Assembly (NCBI RefSeq): GCF_001194135.2
Contig: NC_068982.1
Span: 125,880,698-125,944,697 of the forward strand
Direction: 5' to 3'
Source: Octopus bimaculoides
Taxonomy: Eukaryota
Length of the DNA stretch: 64,000 bases
A model generated the notes under the pieces. The model was not told the origin of the DNA. It ran no database searches and saw nothing but the letters and a program-made list of their open reading frames with translations. Shown in pieces: positions 46,455-58,671 of this stretch. The translations under genes and the position numbers were made by a program. Numbering within the stretch: position 1 is the stretch's first letter; the number at the start of each line of letters is the position of its first letter.

Positions 46455-49400
46455 CACCAGCACACATATATATGTATATGTGTGTATGTATGTATATATA
46501 TATGTGTGTGTGTGTGTTTGTATATATATATATATGTGTGTGTGTGTATATATATATAGCCATGTGTTTGAGAAGAATGCTTTGGGGTTTGAATAATTCA
46601 CCTCTGGAAACATGGGTGTTTCGTTTATCATCATTATGTATGTGTGTGTGTATATATATATATATCATCATCATCATCATCGTTTACCGTCCGCTTTCCA
46701 TGCTAGCATGGGTTGGACGACTTGACTGAAGACTGGTGAAACCGGATGGCAACACCANNNNNNNNNNNNNNNNNNNNNNNNNNNNNNNNNNNNNNNNNNN
46801 NNNNNNNNNNNNNNNNNNNNNNNNNNNNNNNNNNNNNNNNNNNNNNNNNNNNNNNNNNNNNNNNNNNNNNNNNNNNNNNNNNNNNNNNNNNNNNNNNNNN
46901 NNNNNNNNNNNNNNNNNNNNNNNNNNNNNNNNNNNNNNNNNNNNNNNNNNNNNNNNNNNNNNNNNNNNNNNNNNNNNNNNNNNNNNNNNNNNNNNNNNNN
47001 NNNNNNNNNNNNNNNNNNNNNNNNNNNNNNNNNNNNNNNNNNNNNNNNNNNNNNNNNNNNNNNNNNNNNNNNNNNNNNNNNNNNNNNNNNNNNNNNNNNN
47101 NNNNNNNNNNNNNNNNNNNNNNNNNNNNNNNNNNNNNNNNNNNNNNNNNNNNNNNNNNNNNNNNNNNNNNNNNNNNNNNNNNNNNNNNNNNNNNNNNNNN
47201 NNNNNNNNNNNNNNNNNNNNNNNNNNNNNNNNNNNNNNNNNNNNNNNNNNNNNNNNNNNNNNNNNNNNNNNNNNNNNNNNNNNNNNNNNNNNNNNNNNNN
47301 NNNNNNNNNNNNGCAAGGATGGAAGAAATGGACATTAAGCAGAAAAAAAAAAAATTTTGAAATTTTAAATGTGGACATTAAAATTGCTGAAGTTCTGGTA
47401 TCATATTCTTGGGTTCTAACCTAATATTGCAAGTAGAGGAGATACTCTTTTAATTCTGGCAATCAATTTTCTCAGATATTTTTATAGATAATATTCTTTT
47501 CTACTCTAGGCACAAAGCCCGAAATTTTGGGGGTGGGGGCCAGTCAATTAGATCAACCCAGTACACAACTGGTACTTAATATATTGAATTATGTGTAGTA
47601 TATGGTGTTTGTAACCATTCAATGACTTAGCTCTGTTCAGTTGTTTTTGACAGGAAGCTACTTTCACTATGTCTACAGAATTAGCTTTCTGCTGTATTTG
47701 CAAAATTAAACACTTAACAAATCAGTTTTAATTTGTGTGAGTATTGCTTTACCTGCTTCAGAGTGAATGAAGTTAGATAAACTTAATACTTTCTCTTACT
47801 AATTTAGAATTAGAATTAATTAGAAGCTATACTAAAGAAGCCTCGGTTCTATATTCCTATTTTCTGAATAGCAAGATGGTTTCTATTACTCAACAAATTA
47901 CTTTTATTCATATGGAGTTCATTAAGAGAGCTGTGTAACGAAGAAAGGCTAGGTGAGAAGACTTCATGAAGTAGTGCAATATAGACTCTTGCTATTGAAT
48001 AGATCCAAGCTTAGTTCTCTATTCAAATACTGCATTGTAATTGCTGTCTTTGGAATTTTAATACTTCGAATTATTGTTTTTACTAATCCTTACTTTGCAG
48101 ATATTTGGGAAAATGAGTGGGGTTTTTTTTTTGTCTCTTTTAAGAAGTAAAAATAGAAGAAGAGAAGTTGTACATTTTTGTATAAAGTTTGCTTCATTTA
48201 TTGTTTATCTTAATATATTCTGTATGAAGTTAAATTGTTGCTACAGATAGTCAAATGAAAATTTTACTAGTGGAAAATGACAAGATAATTCTTGAATTAT
48301 GGCACAGTTCCAACAAGGTATAAAATTAAAAAAATTAGCTGTCTGTTGGTGAGAGTTTTACTTTATGTCATAGAAAATGTCAATTTGCTACTGCGGCAAT
48401 TACTGTGAGCCAGACAAAATGTGAGCTAGGAAAAATACTCGTAAAGAACACCTTATTTTAATTACTGTCTGCCTAATTAAAAATAAACATATTACTATAG
48501 ATGTAGGCATGGCTGTGTGGTAAGCAGCTTGCTTCCCAACCACATAATTCTGGGATCAGTCTCACTATGTGGCAGCTTGGGCAAGTGCCTTCTACTATAG
48601 CTTCAGTGTGTGGATTTGGTAGATGCAAAGTGAAAAAAAGCTTGTCATACATAGAGTAGGAGCACTCCGTCAGTTACAATGACAAGGGTCCCAGCTGATA
48701 CGATCAATGAGACAGCTAGCACGCAAAATTAATGTACAAGTGGCTGAACACTCCACAGACAAGTGTATCCCTCACATAGTTCTCAGGGAGATTCAGCATG
48801 CAACAGAGTGTGACACAGCTGGCCCTTTGAAATACAGGTACTACTCATTTTTGCCAGCTGAGTGGACTGGAGCAACTTGAAATAAAGTGTCTTGCTCAAG
48901 GACACAACACTTTGCCGGGAATTGAACTCACGACCTTCCAATTGTGAGCCAAATGCCTTAACCACTAAGCCAGGCACCTTCACAGGCATATATATATATA
49001 TTCTTATTTTTATTCATTTATTTATCCATATGATTGTAATTAATAAATAGATCTAATTGATGTTTGTAGGCTGATACTTGTCAACTAATTATCTTCTCCA
49101 TTTTCTTCTTTGCCTTATAAATTCTGGGTAAATTTCTGTTTACCCTGACTCATACCTATTATTCAATTGTGCTATTACCTTACAACAGTATGTAGGATAT
49201 CTATTATCCCTTAGATGGTTGTTTAACCTCTAGCTCATCATCATCACCGTTTAACGTCCGCTTTCCATGCTAGCATGGGTTGGACGATTTGACTGAGGAC
49301 TGGTGAAACCGGATGGCAACACCAGGCTCCAATCTAATTTGGCAGAGTTTCTACAGAGTTTCTAACTCATATAAACGTATATATATCTATATCTATATCT

Positions 49401-50828
49401 ATATCTAGGGAGAGCTGTGCAAGCTTTATACAGGGATGCGGTCAGTAAGGTGAGGGTTGACAACGAGTACAATGAAGAATTCTGGGTAGGGGTAGGGGTC
49501 CACCAAGGATCAGTCCTCAGCCCCCTCTTATTCATCATAATCCTCCAGGCAATAACAGAGGAATTCAAGTCAGGATGCCACTGGGAGCTCCTCTATGCTG
49601 ATGACCTTGCTCTAATTGCTGAGTCACTATCAGAACTAGAGGAAAAGTTTCAGGTGTGGAAGCAAAGATTAGAATTGAAGGGCCTTAGAGTCAACCTAGC
49701 TAAAACCAAAGTCTTAATAAGTAGGAAGGCAGACAAACCACAAATCCCTTCAGGTAGATGGCCCTGCTCGATCTGTAGAAAAGACGTAGGTAAAAACTCC
49801 ATTAGATGTACCCAGTGTAAGCTATGGACACATAAGAGGTGCAACAATATCAAAGGAAGGCTAACTGGGAAGATAGTTTTTGTATGTGGCAAATGCTCAG
49901 GTGCTATAAACACTAGAAATGTGCAGAGAACAGCTTCTGTCACATTCCAGGGAGAAAAACTAGAAGTAGTTGATAGTTTCCGTTACCTAGGGGATCAAGT
50001 CAGTAGTGGGAGTGGCTCTGAAAGTGTAGCTGCTAGAATAAGAATAGCCTGGGAAAAGTTCAGAGAGCTCTTACCTCTGCTGGTGACAAAGGGTCTCTCT
50101 CTCAGAGTAAAAGGCAGACTGTATGACGCATGTGTACGAACAGCCATGCTTCATGGCAGTGAAACATGGGCCGTGACTGCTGAGGACATGCATAAGCTTG
50201 CAAGGAATGAAGCCAGTATTCTCTACTGGATGTGTAATGTCAGTGTGCATACACAGCAGTGTGTAAGCACCATGAGAGAAATATTGGATTTAAGAAGCAT
50301 CAGATGTGCTTGTGAAGACCTGTTGAGGCAAATGAAATGAAAATCAAAATCGATGATGTGGCCGATGACAGTATCACCTGATTAGCTAGCACTCGTGCCA
50401 GTGGAACGTTAAAAGCACCATCCGAGTGTGATCATTGCCAGGGCCGCTGATTAGCTCCCATGCCGGTGACATGTAAAAAGCACCATTTGAGCATGATCAC
50501 TGCCAGCGTCGCCTTACTGGCACATGTGCTGGTGGCACGTGAAAAACAACATTCGAGCGTGGTTGTTGCCAGTGCTGCTGGATTGGCTCCTATGCAGGTA
50601 GCACGTAAAAAAAACACCTTTTGAGCATGGTCATTGCCAGAACCGCCTGACTGGCCCTCGTGCCGGTGGCACATAAAAGCACCCACTACACTCTCAGAGT
50701 GGTTGGCATTAAGAAGGGCATCCAGTTGTAGAAACTTTGCCAGATCAGATTGGAGCCTGGTGCAGCCTTCTGGCTTGCCGGTCCTCAGTCAAGCCGTCCA
50801 AGCCATNNNNNNNNNNNNNNNNNNNNNN

Positions 50829-50863
<35 letters not shown>

Positions 50864-53800
50864 TAAATATATATATATATATCTGTTTGTGTCTGTGTTT
50901 GTCCCCCACCACTGCTTGACAATTGGTATTAGTGAGTTTATGTCCCTGTAACCTAGCATTTCACCAAAAAACTCAGATAGAATAAGTACCAGGCTTAAAA
51001 AAAATAAATTAGTACTGGGGTTGATTCATTTGACTAAAACTTCTTCAAGGCAGGGCTCCAGCATGGCTGCAATCTACTGATTGAAACAAGTAAAAGAAAA
51101 AAGAAACAAACAAACTAAAAGATACTTCAATCCTATTTGGTTTACTTTCACATAAACAAAGATATTTAATAATAAAAAGAAACAATAACAGTGTCATAAG
51201 AACACAATATTTAAAATCTTTTAAAAATCTATTTTATTTGTCAGGTACCATCAGCCTCATCCTCCAGACACAGTCAGTCCTCCTGGAAAACTAAAGCGTT
51301 ATCTTGTTGATAATTGTGTACGTTTTGCAGAATCATATGAAAGATTCTTAGAGAAACGATATCCAAAAGTGTTTGAAGTCTACCGGATGTTTAAAGTTGG
51401 TAAGCCTTTTAAGTTCCTACTTTCTCTCTGGGTTAGAAACATATTACTACTTGACCATTGGTCATTAACATTGTCACCAATATTGATTTGAAATTTTGGC
51501 ACAAGGCCAGCAATTTTGGGGGAAATGGGCAAGTCGGTTTCATCGACCCTCAGTGCACAACTGGTACTTATTTTATGGACCCCAAAAGGCTGAGAGGCAA
51601 AGTCAATCTCTACAGAATTTGAACTCAAATTGTAAAGACAGACAAAATGCTTCTAAGCATTTTGCCTGACATGCTAATGATTCTTATTTCTTTATTACCC
51701 ACAAGGGGCTAAACATAGAATGAACAAACAAGGACAGACAAAGGGATTAAGTCGATTACATCGACCCCAGTGCGTAACTGGTACTTAATTTATTGACCCC
51801 GAAAGAATGAAAGGCAAAGTCGACCTCAGCGGAATTTGAACTCAGAACATGCTAATGATTCTGCCAGCTTGTCACCTCAACAGTGTCACCAATACTATTT
51901 TGGATCCAATGAGCTGCAGAGCTATGTTGAGTCCCAATGTCAACTTTGGCATCATTTCTACAGCTGGGTGCTCTTCTTAATGCCAACCATATTACAGTGT
52001 GTACTGGATGTTTTTTTTTCATGATTTTTGGCTCTAGTGAGGTTGCAAAGTAACTTGCAAATGAAAAGAACAGGCTGCGCCTCCACTCCACTCAGCTGAG
52101 TGGGACTTTTTCCCTCACTAGTGCTAGTGTCACATAAAAGACAAAAACAACTTTATTTTGTTGATGTAAAATAATTTTCTTCATCTTCTGCTCCCCCCAC
52201 CACTATATACTACTTTTTTATTATTTAATCCCCTATTATTCACCCCATACACCACAGTGTGTGTTTTTAGTGGAATTCTTTGTAACTTGTGATTTTTCTT
52301 CAAGTAAATTATAACTGTTTCCTCTACTCCCAGTAAAAGTAAATTAATTCACATGGCTTTACTTTTTCAGGTATCCGTGATTTTATTGCTGACACCAGAA
52401 TGTATTATAACGTCACTACGGAGTTGTGGACAGGTAAAAGTCTAAACTGTTTCTCACGCAAGGAACTTGAAATTTATAAACAAGTAAGTATATAAGTCAC
52501 AAACAACTTAATCATCTTTTTGTTTTGTTATAAACAAGGGTATCAATGTTAACATTTGTAAAGATGAAATAAGTTGAATATACAATCTTGTTTTGGACTT
52601 TTAGTTACAGCCACATCATATATCTTGTAAATACCCACAAAAACATGGAGGTATCACAGTTACAGTTCTCTTCTATAAATCTATGACTTTGTGCTTTTGT
52701 AAAGAATTAATGCTGTCTGGTTAATGAAGAGGAGCTGGCACATAAACATTAGTGTCATTCTTTTATGCTTGTTGTCCATGCTGGCATGGGTAGGATGGCT
52801 CATCAAGATTCAGAGCAGTTCTTTTTCAGAGTTGCTGTCCTCTTTGATAAGTTGGGGGGAACCATGTCTCACCCATATGTTCTATTTTGAGCTTGGTATC
52901 TGCAGCTGGATACCTTTCATGAACTTTACTATGTCATAGAGTATATTGGGTTCATTTTATTGTGATATCAGCATTTAAAAGGTTGTCATGTTCACTACAG
53001 GACTAAAAACATCCAGGTGACCTTAGACTGTCTCTCATCAACCACTTAACAGAGGTACATCTTGTTGTATTGCCAGTACTAATGAAGTTGTCTTATAACC
53101 CGTAAAGTGAAAGAATCCTCAATGTTCTATATTGTTTCTATTCATTCTGAGTAATCTGCCCAGCTGAGTGGGTATATCCTCCTTGATCAATTGTTCATAG
53201 TTTTGTCATCCATTTTTAATGTTTCTTGAATTTGAATTACTCTGCATAGTCATTCCTTCATCATTATGAACCTCTCGCCACCTTATAACACACTCAGTCT
53301 CAGATCCTGTCTTTTCATCCCTTCTCTGTACCCCATATCTACTGTCCAGTCTACAACTTAACTCTGAAAGGTGTAGTGCCTATGTATATGCAGAATCCAC
53401 TTTCCCAACCTGTCACCTCTTTCATCTGGTTATCGGCTATAAGGATTCCTTGTTACTCTGGCTCGAAAATCTCCTTCCCTTGCTCCTGTACATTCTTTTA
53501 CTGCCTCTACTGTTCTCCAAACATCTCTAATGACCACCCTGCATTGAGGAAATCTCACTCAATTCACTCCTGTTGAAAGTCATTGTTCTTTGTGATTTCA
53601 AGTTCCACAACTTTTCTCAACTCTCACATTTCCCAATACAGTAGCCAAATCTTTTAAAATCCTGAACTTCTACAGTAATTAGTTTTGATACCAACTCATA
53701 TCCATCATCAACACACAAACTTTCCTAACACTTCTCACCTTCTCACCTCCAGACCCAACCTTTATCAAACTACCACCATCTCTACACCAATTGGATAGGC

Positions 53801-53972
53801 CAAGCACTGTTACAGTGTTATGGTGGATAATCACAGTTATCCACTAGCCCTTCTGCTTTTTAAGTCAATTAACTGTTCAGGGTTTGCTAGTTCCATACAA
53901 ATTATCCCTGGTAGCAAAAAAGCTTAACTTTTGATCCATATTTCACTAAATGTTATTGTATTTCAGTAGCAG

Positions 53973-54039
<67 letters not shown>

Positions 54040-57000
54040 ATCTCCTTAAAGTTTCTAATGTTTCATGACTTTATAAATTTGTTTATCTTCAGTATCCAAA
54101 AGATGTATGGAAGGTGTCTCCGACTTTGATAATCTCAGCTTTGCCCTTTGCTAACTATGTTGTATTTCCTATCGCGTAAGTGTTACTCAACAATTGTTTT
54201 ATTCTGATTTTAAAAACTTAAAACAATCAACATGACCATTATAAAAGTGGGCTTGTTACAAAGTTTAGACTGATTTATATTTTATTGCTTTGAGTTCACA
54301 ATACAAATGCAAACCAAATCTAAATTGTAATCTAAACTTAGATTCTTCTGAGCAACTGTAGATGGTTCTGAAACATGGACACTGATAAAAAAAGCCTTAT
54401 AAAATTGATTGGGTGCAGCTTACACATGATCACTACAACAGTACTCATGTTGTCAGGGAGAAAACAGAACACCAATGGCAGTCTACCTCTAATAACAGCA
54501 ACATTGTGTCAACAAAAATTAAGCTTTATTAGTCACTGTTGAAGTAGGAAAGATGAGGTAGTATGTTGTTGTTGTTATGAAAGACTGGTTAGTCCACATT
54601 ACTTTGGTTTCCTAGTTTCTCTGGTGTATATATTCCTTCTTGGATGGGATGCTAGTCTGTGGCAGGATTACTCATTTCTGCCAGCTGAGTGGATTGGAGC
54701 AGCATGAAATGAAATGTGTTGCTCAAGGACACAACACATCACCTGGTCCAGGAATTGAAACCATAATCTTACAATTGTTAGTCCATCACCCTAACCACTA
54801 AGCCGTGCACCTCCACATATGAAAGACTACTCATAGCATAATAATCCAGAGGAAGATTTCACTAAGCATACATCGATCAACTGATACTAAGCAATGCAAT
54901 ACTTAGTTAGTTGGCTGGTACTATATTTTATTAACTTTAAAAAGGTGAAAGGCAGAGTTGACCACGGCAGGATTTGAACTCAGAATGTTAAACACCAGAA
55001 AATGTACTGCAAAGCATTGTTTTCTTTCAGAAATGTTTTAAAGATTCTGTCAGCTCTTCTTTAGAGTGAATTCTTTTTATTAAGATTTGAAATGGTAAAC
55101 TATAAGCTATTCAGTGAAATGAAAATATAATTAGACTAAATTAATAAAAATGAAACAGAAAATTACAACAATGATGGTGATGTCTTAGTTATTCCTGAAG
55201 GCATGGGCACGGTTGTGTGGTTAAGAAGCTCACTTGGCAAACATGTGGTTTTGAGTTCAGTCCCACTGTGTGGCACCTTGGGTAGGTGTCTTCTACTATT
55301 GCTGCATGCTAGCTTATGCATTGTGAGTGAATTTGGTAGACAGAAACTGTGTGGAAGCCCATCGTATATATATGTATGCATGCAGGCGGGTAGGCAGATA
55401 GATAGATAGAGAGACAGATGTGCGTGTGAAGTTCCTGTCTTAAAAGAATGAGTACTGAGGTCAATTTGTTTAACTAAACCCTTTGAGATGGTCCCCTAAC
55501 ATAGCCACAGACTGAAACCAGTAAAATGATAAAAAATTATTCTTGCTTTCATCAGATGTTCATATGTAAGTTGCTTATAGGTTTATATTTCAAACATTTT
55601 TCAGTTATTCATTACTATGAATTGAACTCATTAAGTCCAGTGTTCTTATATCAAACATTCATTCTTAGAAAATATTAGGATTGATCTATTTCTACCTTGT
55701 ACAGGATTGTTGTGGTAAAGAGGGTTCCCACCATCATCATCATCGTCATCATCATCATTGTTGTCATTCTATGTCTGTTTTCCATGCTGACATGGGTTGG
55801 GTAGTTTGACAGGTTCTGGCAAGCACCAGGGCTTTGGCTTGGTTTCTGCAGATAGATGCCCTTCTTAATGCCGACCACTTTACAGCATATAATGGGTGCT
55901 TTTTTTCATGCCATGGGTAAGGTTGTCAAGTAACTTGCAAGACAGAAAATGAATGGGAAAAATGCCCCCGTGACTAAGTAAGGGGAGTTGTTTTGTGCCA
56001 TATGTTGAGAGGCTAAAGTATAATAGAGGGACAAGTACATGTCCCCTTGTATAAGGGTGGACAGGAGTAACTGAAGAAGACAAAGACTGTAGTGATGGGG
56101 TGTCATAGCAAACTCTCAAGATGCAAGAAAATGAGCATAAGAGAAGATGTGTACAGTGGATCAGGTGGAGAAAGAGAAAGTATATATTGGGTTGTCCAGA
56201 AAGTTCATGCCGATTTTTAAAGGAAAGAAAAAGGTCAATAAATACTTGCCATTACATTTTTAATCAGCCAAATATGAACCATTTTGTTGCACAATGCGTC
56301 TCCATCTTTCCTTTAACTTGAAAATACCCTCTTCCCAGAATTGAGGTGGTTTCATAGCAAATGAGTCGAAAGGTAAGCTACTATAAATCGGCACAAACTT
56401 TCAGGACAACCCAATAGTTTCATAAGAATGTGAGGAGAGAGTAACAGATGATTAGAGACGGGTGTTTACTTTATTGAAAAACCATATAACCCTGTAGTTT
56501 TTTGACTTGCTAGAAATAGCAGGTGATAGGCAATAGGCAGTGGACTGGCAGAGTGTTTAAAACATCAGACAAAATCCCATGTGGCCATGTGATATGTATT
56601 TCGACATCTTACATTCTGCACCCAAATCCTACAGAGGTCTATTATGCTTTTCACCCTTCTGGGGTTTATAAATAAAGTACCAGCCTAGGGCTATGGACTA
56701 ACAGAATTGTAACTTAGTAATTACTCAAAAGAAATGAATAAAATAAGTACGAGACTTAAGACTAAATGCTGGGGTTGATTTGTTCATCTAAACACTTTAA
56801 CCCTTTGGCATTTAAACCAGCCATATTTGGCCAAAATATTCTCCCTGTCTTATCTTCAAACTGGTCATATCCAACCTCTCACACTTACCCTACAATATTA
56901 TTCTAAAGATAAGCAACCACATCATCGAAATCTCAAAACTACAAGGTAAGACATGACTAATTCAAATCAATGATTAAATAAGCATTACATTTGACAGAGA

Positions 57001-58622
57001 AATCTGAACGCCAAAGGGTTAAGGCAGTGCTTCAGCTTGGCCACAGTCCAACAACTGAAACAGATAAAAGAAAATGAAATTGTTAAATATGAGTGAAAGA
57101 GAAAATTAACTCTCTTAAAATTGTAATTATCTGGGTTATAGAGTATTTCTAGTTGCTCTGGGAATGATTTACCATATTGTATAAAAACTATGTACCTCTG
57201 ACAAATCAGATTGGAGCCTGGTGTAACCATCTGGTTCACCAGTCCTCAGTCAAATCGTCCAACCCATGCTAGCATGGAAAGCGAACGTTAAACGATGATG
57301 ATGATGATGTCAATAGTTTACTTAGTTTCCATATTGTTGTCATTTGTGCCAACGATAATTAGAATGGACACCGTTAGAAGAGATCAAAAAGTTTTTTAAT
57401 CAACTGAAATTCGAAATTATATAATTTGCTCACTTGTCAAGGCTAAATCTTTACTGTTTATTTGTCACAACTCTGTCTTTTTAATGTATGTGTTACATTC
57501 TTTTAATAACAAATATTTTTGCTTCTACACACATGCACAGACATATCATCACCATCATCATCATCATGAGGTAATGTCCCTTTTTCTGTGCTGGCATGAG
57601 TTGGATGATTCAACATAAACTGATGAGCCAGAAGACTACACCAAGTTCCAAACTCTGCTTTGGCATGGTTTCTGCAGCTGGAAGCCTTTCCTAATGCCAA
57701 CCACTTCATAGAGTGTACTGAGTGCTTTTCCCATGGCGCCAGCACTGGTGAGGTCACCAAGTACCCACAAAGCAAGACCTCCTCAACTGAGTGGGATCCA
57801 ATATGGAGGGATTGAAAATATGATGATGTTGATGATGATTTACATGCAGACACACATATATATTTGAATATATTTCTTTCTTTTAATTAGGTACATGTAC
57901 CCTAAATGGTTCCTTTCACCTCATTTTTGGTCAGACAAACATAAAGAAATGATATGGGGTGATATACTTGCTAAGCGAATGAGCCATTGTTCACCTGTTA
58001 TTTATTACCTGGGATCACAATGTCGGCATATGGACGAAGACAACCCACTCAAAGAGAAGCTACAATTAGCTATCAGCAAAGTAAGAATTAATCTCAAGTC
58101 TAACTTCTGTATTAAATGTTCAAAAATCAGCAGAGGACTCTTCTCCTTCTTGTATATTTCTTCAAAAACCTTTAAATCTTTCAGTTTCCATTCAGCCAAA
58201 CCAGTTATTATCTTTCATTTTACCTGTCTGATTTAAGATATTCCTTTATATCTTACAATTGAATTGCGCTCTTCATCTTGACTGTTTACCTTTGTGAAGA
58301 GTTACATCAATCCTTTTTAAAATATAAAAATCAAGTAGATTGAGATGATTGATTTTTAAGGTACACAGAATAAGAATTGGAACATATAGAAATTCTGGAA
58401 GTTACCAAAGCAGTCGGGTGTCTAAGGAAAATCGTAATGTAAATTACAGCTTTTGCGTTTTATTCCTTCTCACAGTTGGCTCGTCAGTCCTGTTAGTTTT
58501 GCTAGACCCCAGTGTTGAAAAATATCGTTCAACTAATAAAATATCTTACAATCGAATCGCACTCTTCGTCTTGACTATTTACCTTTGTGAAGAGTTACAT
58601 CAATCCTTTTTAAAATATAATA

Positions 58623-58671
<49 letters not shown>

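Noticed and set aside
50395-50690. CRISPR-like array
   Set aside because: Eukaryotic context, degenerate units without unique spacers, and it is part of a retroposon.
52431-52440. Internal donor-like CAG|GTAAAA in LETMD1 exon 3
   Set aside because: Its use would frameshift, and the downstream residues are needed for the LETMD1 alignment.
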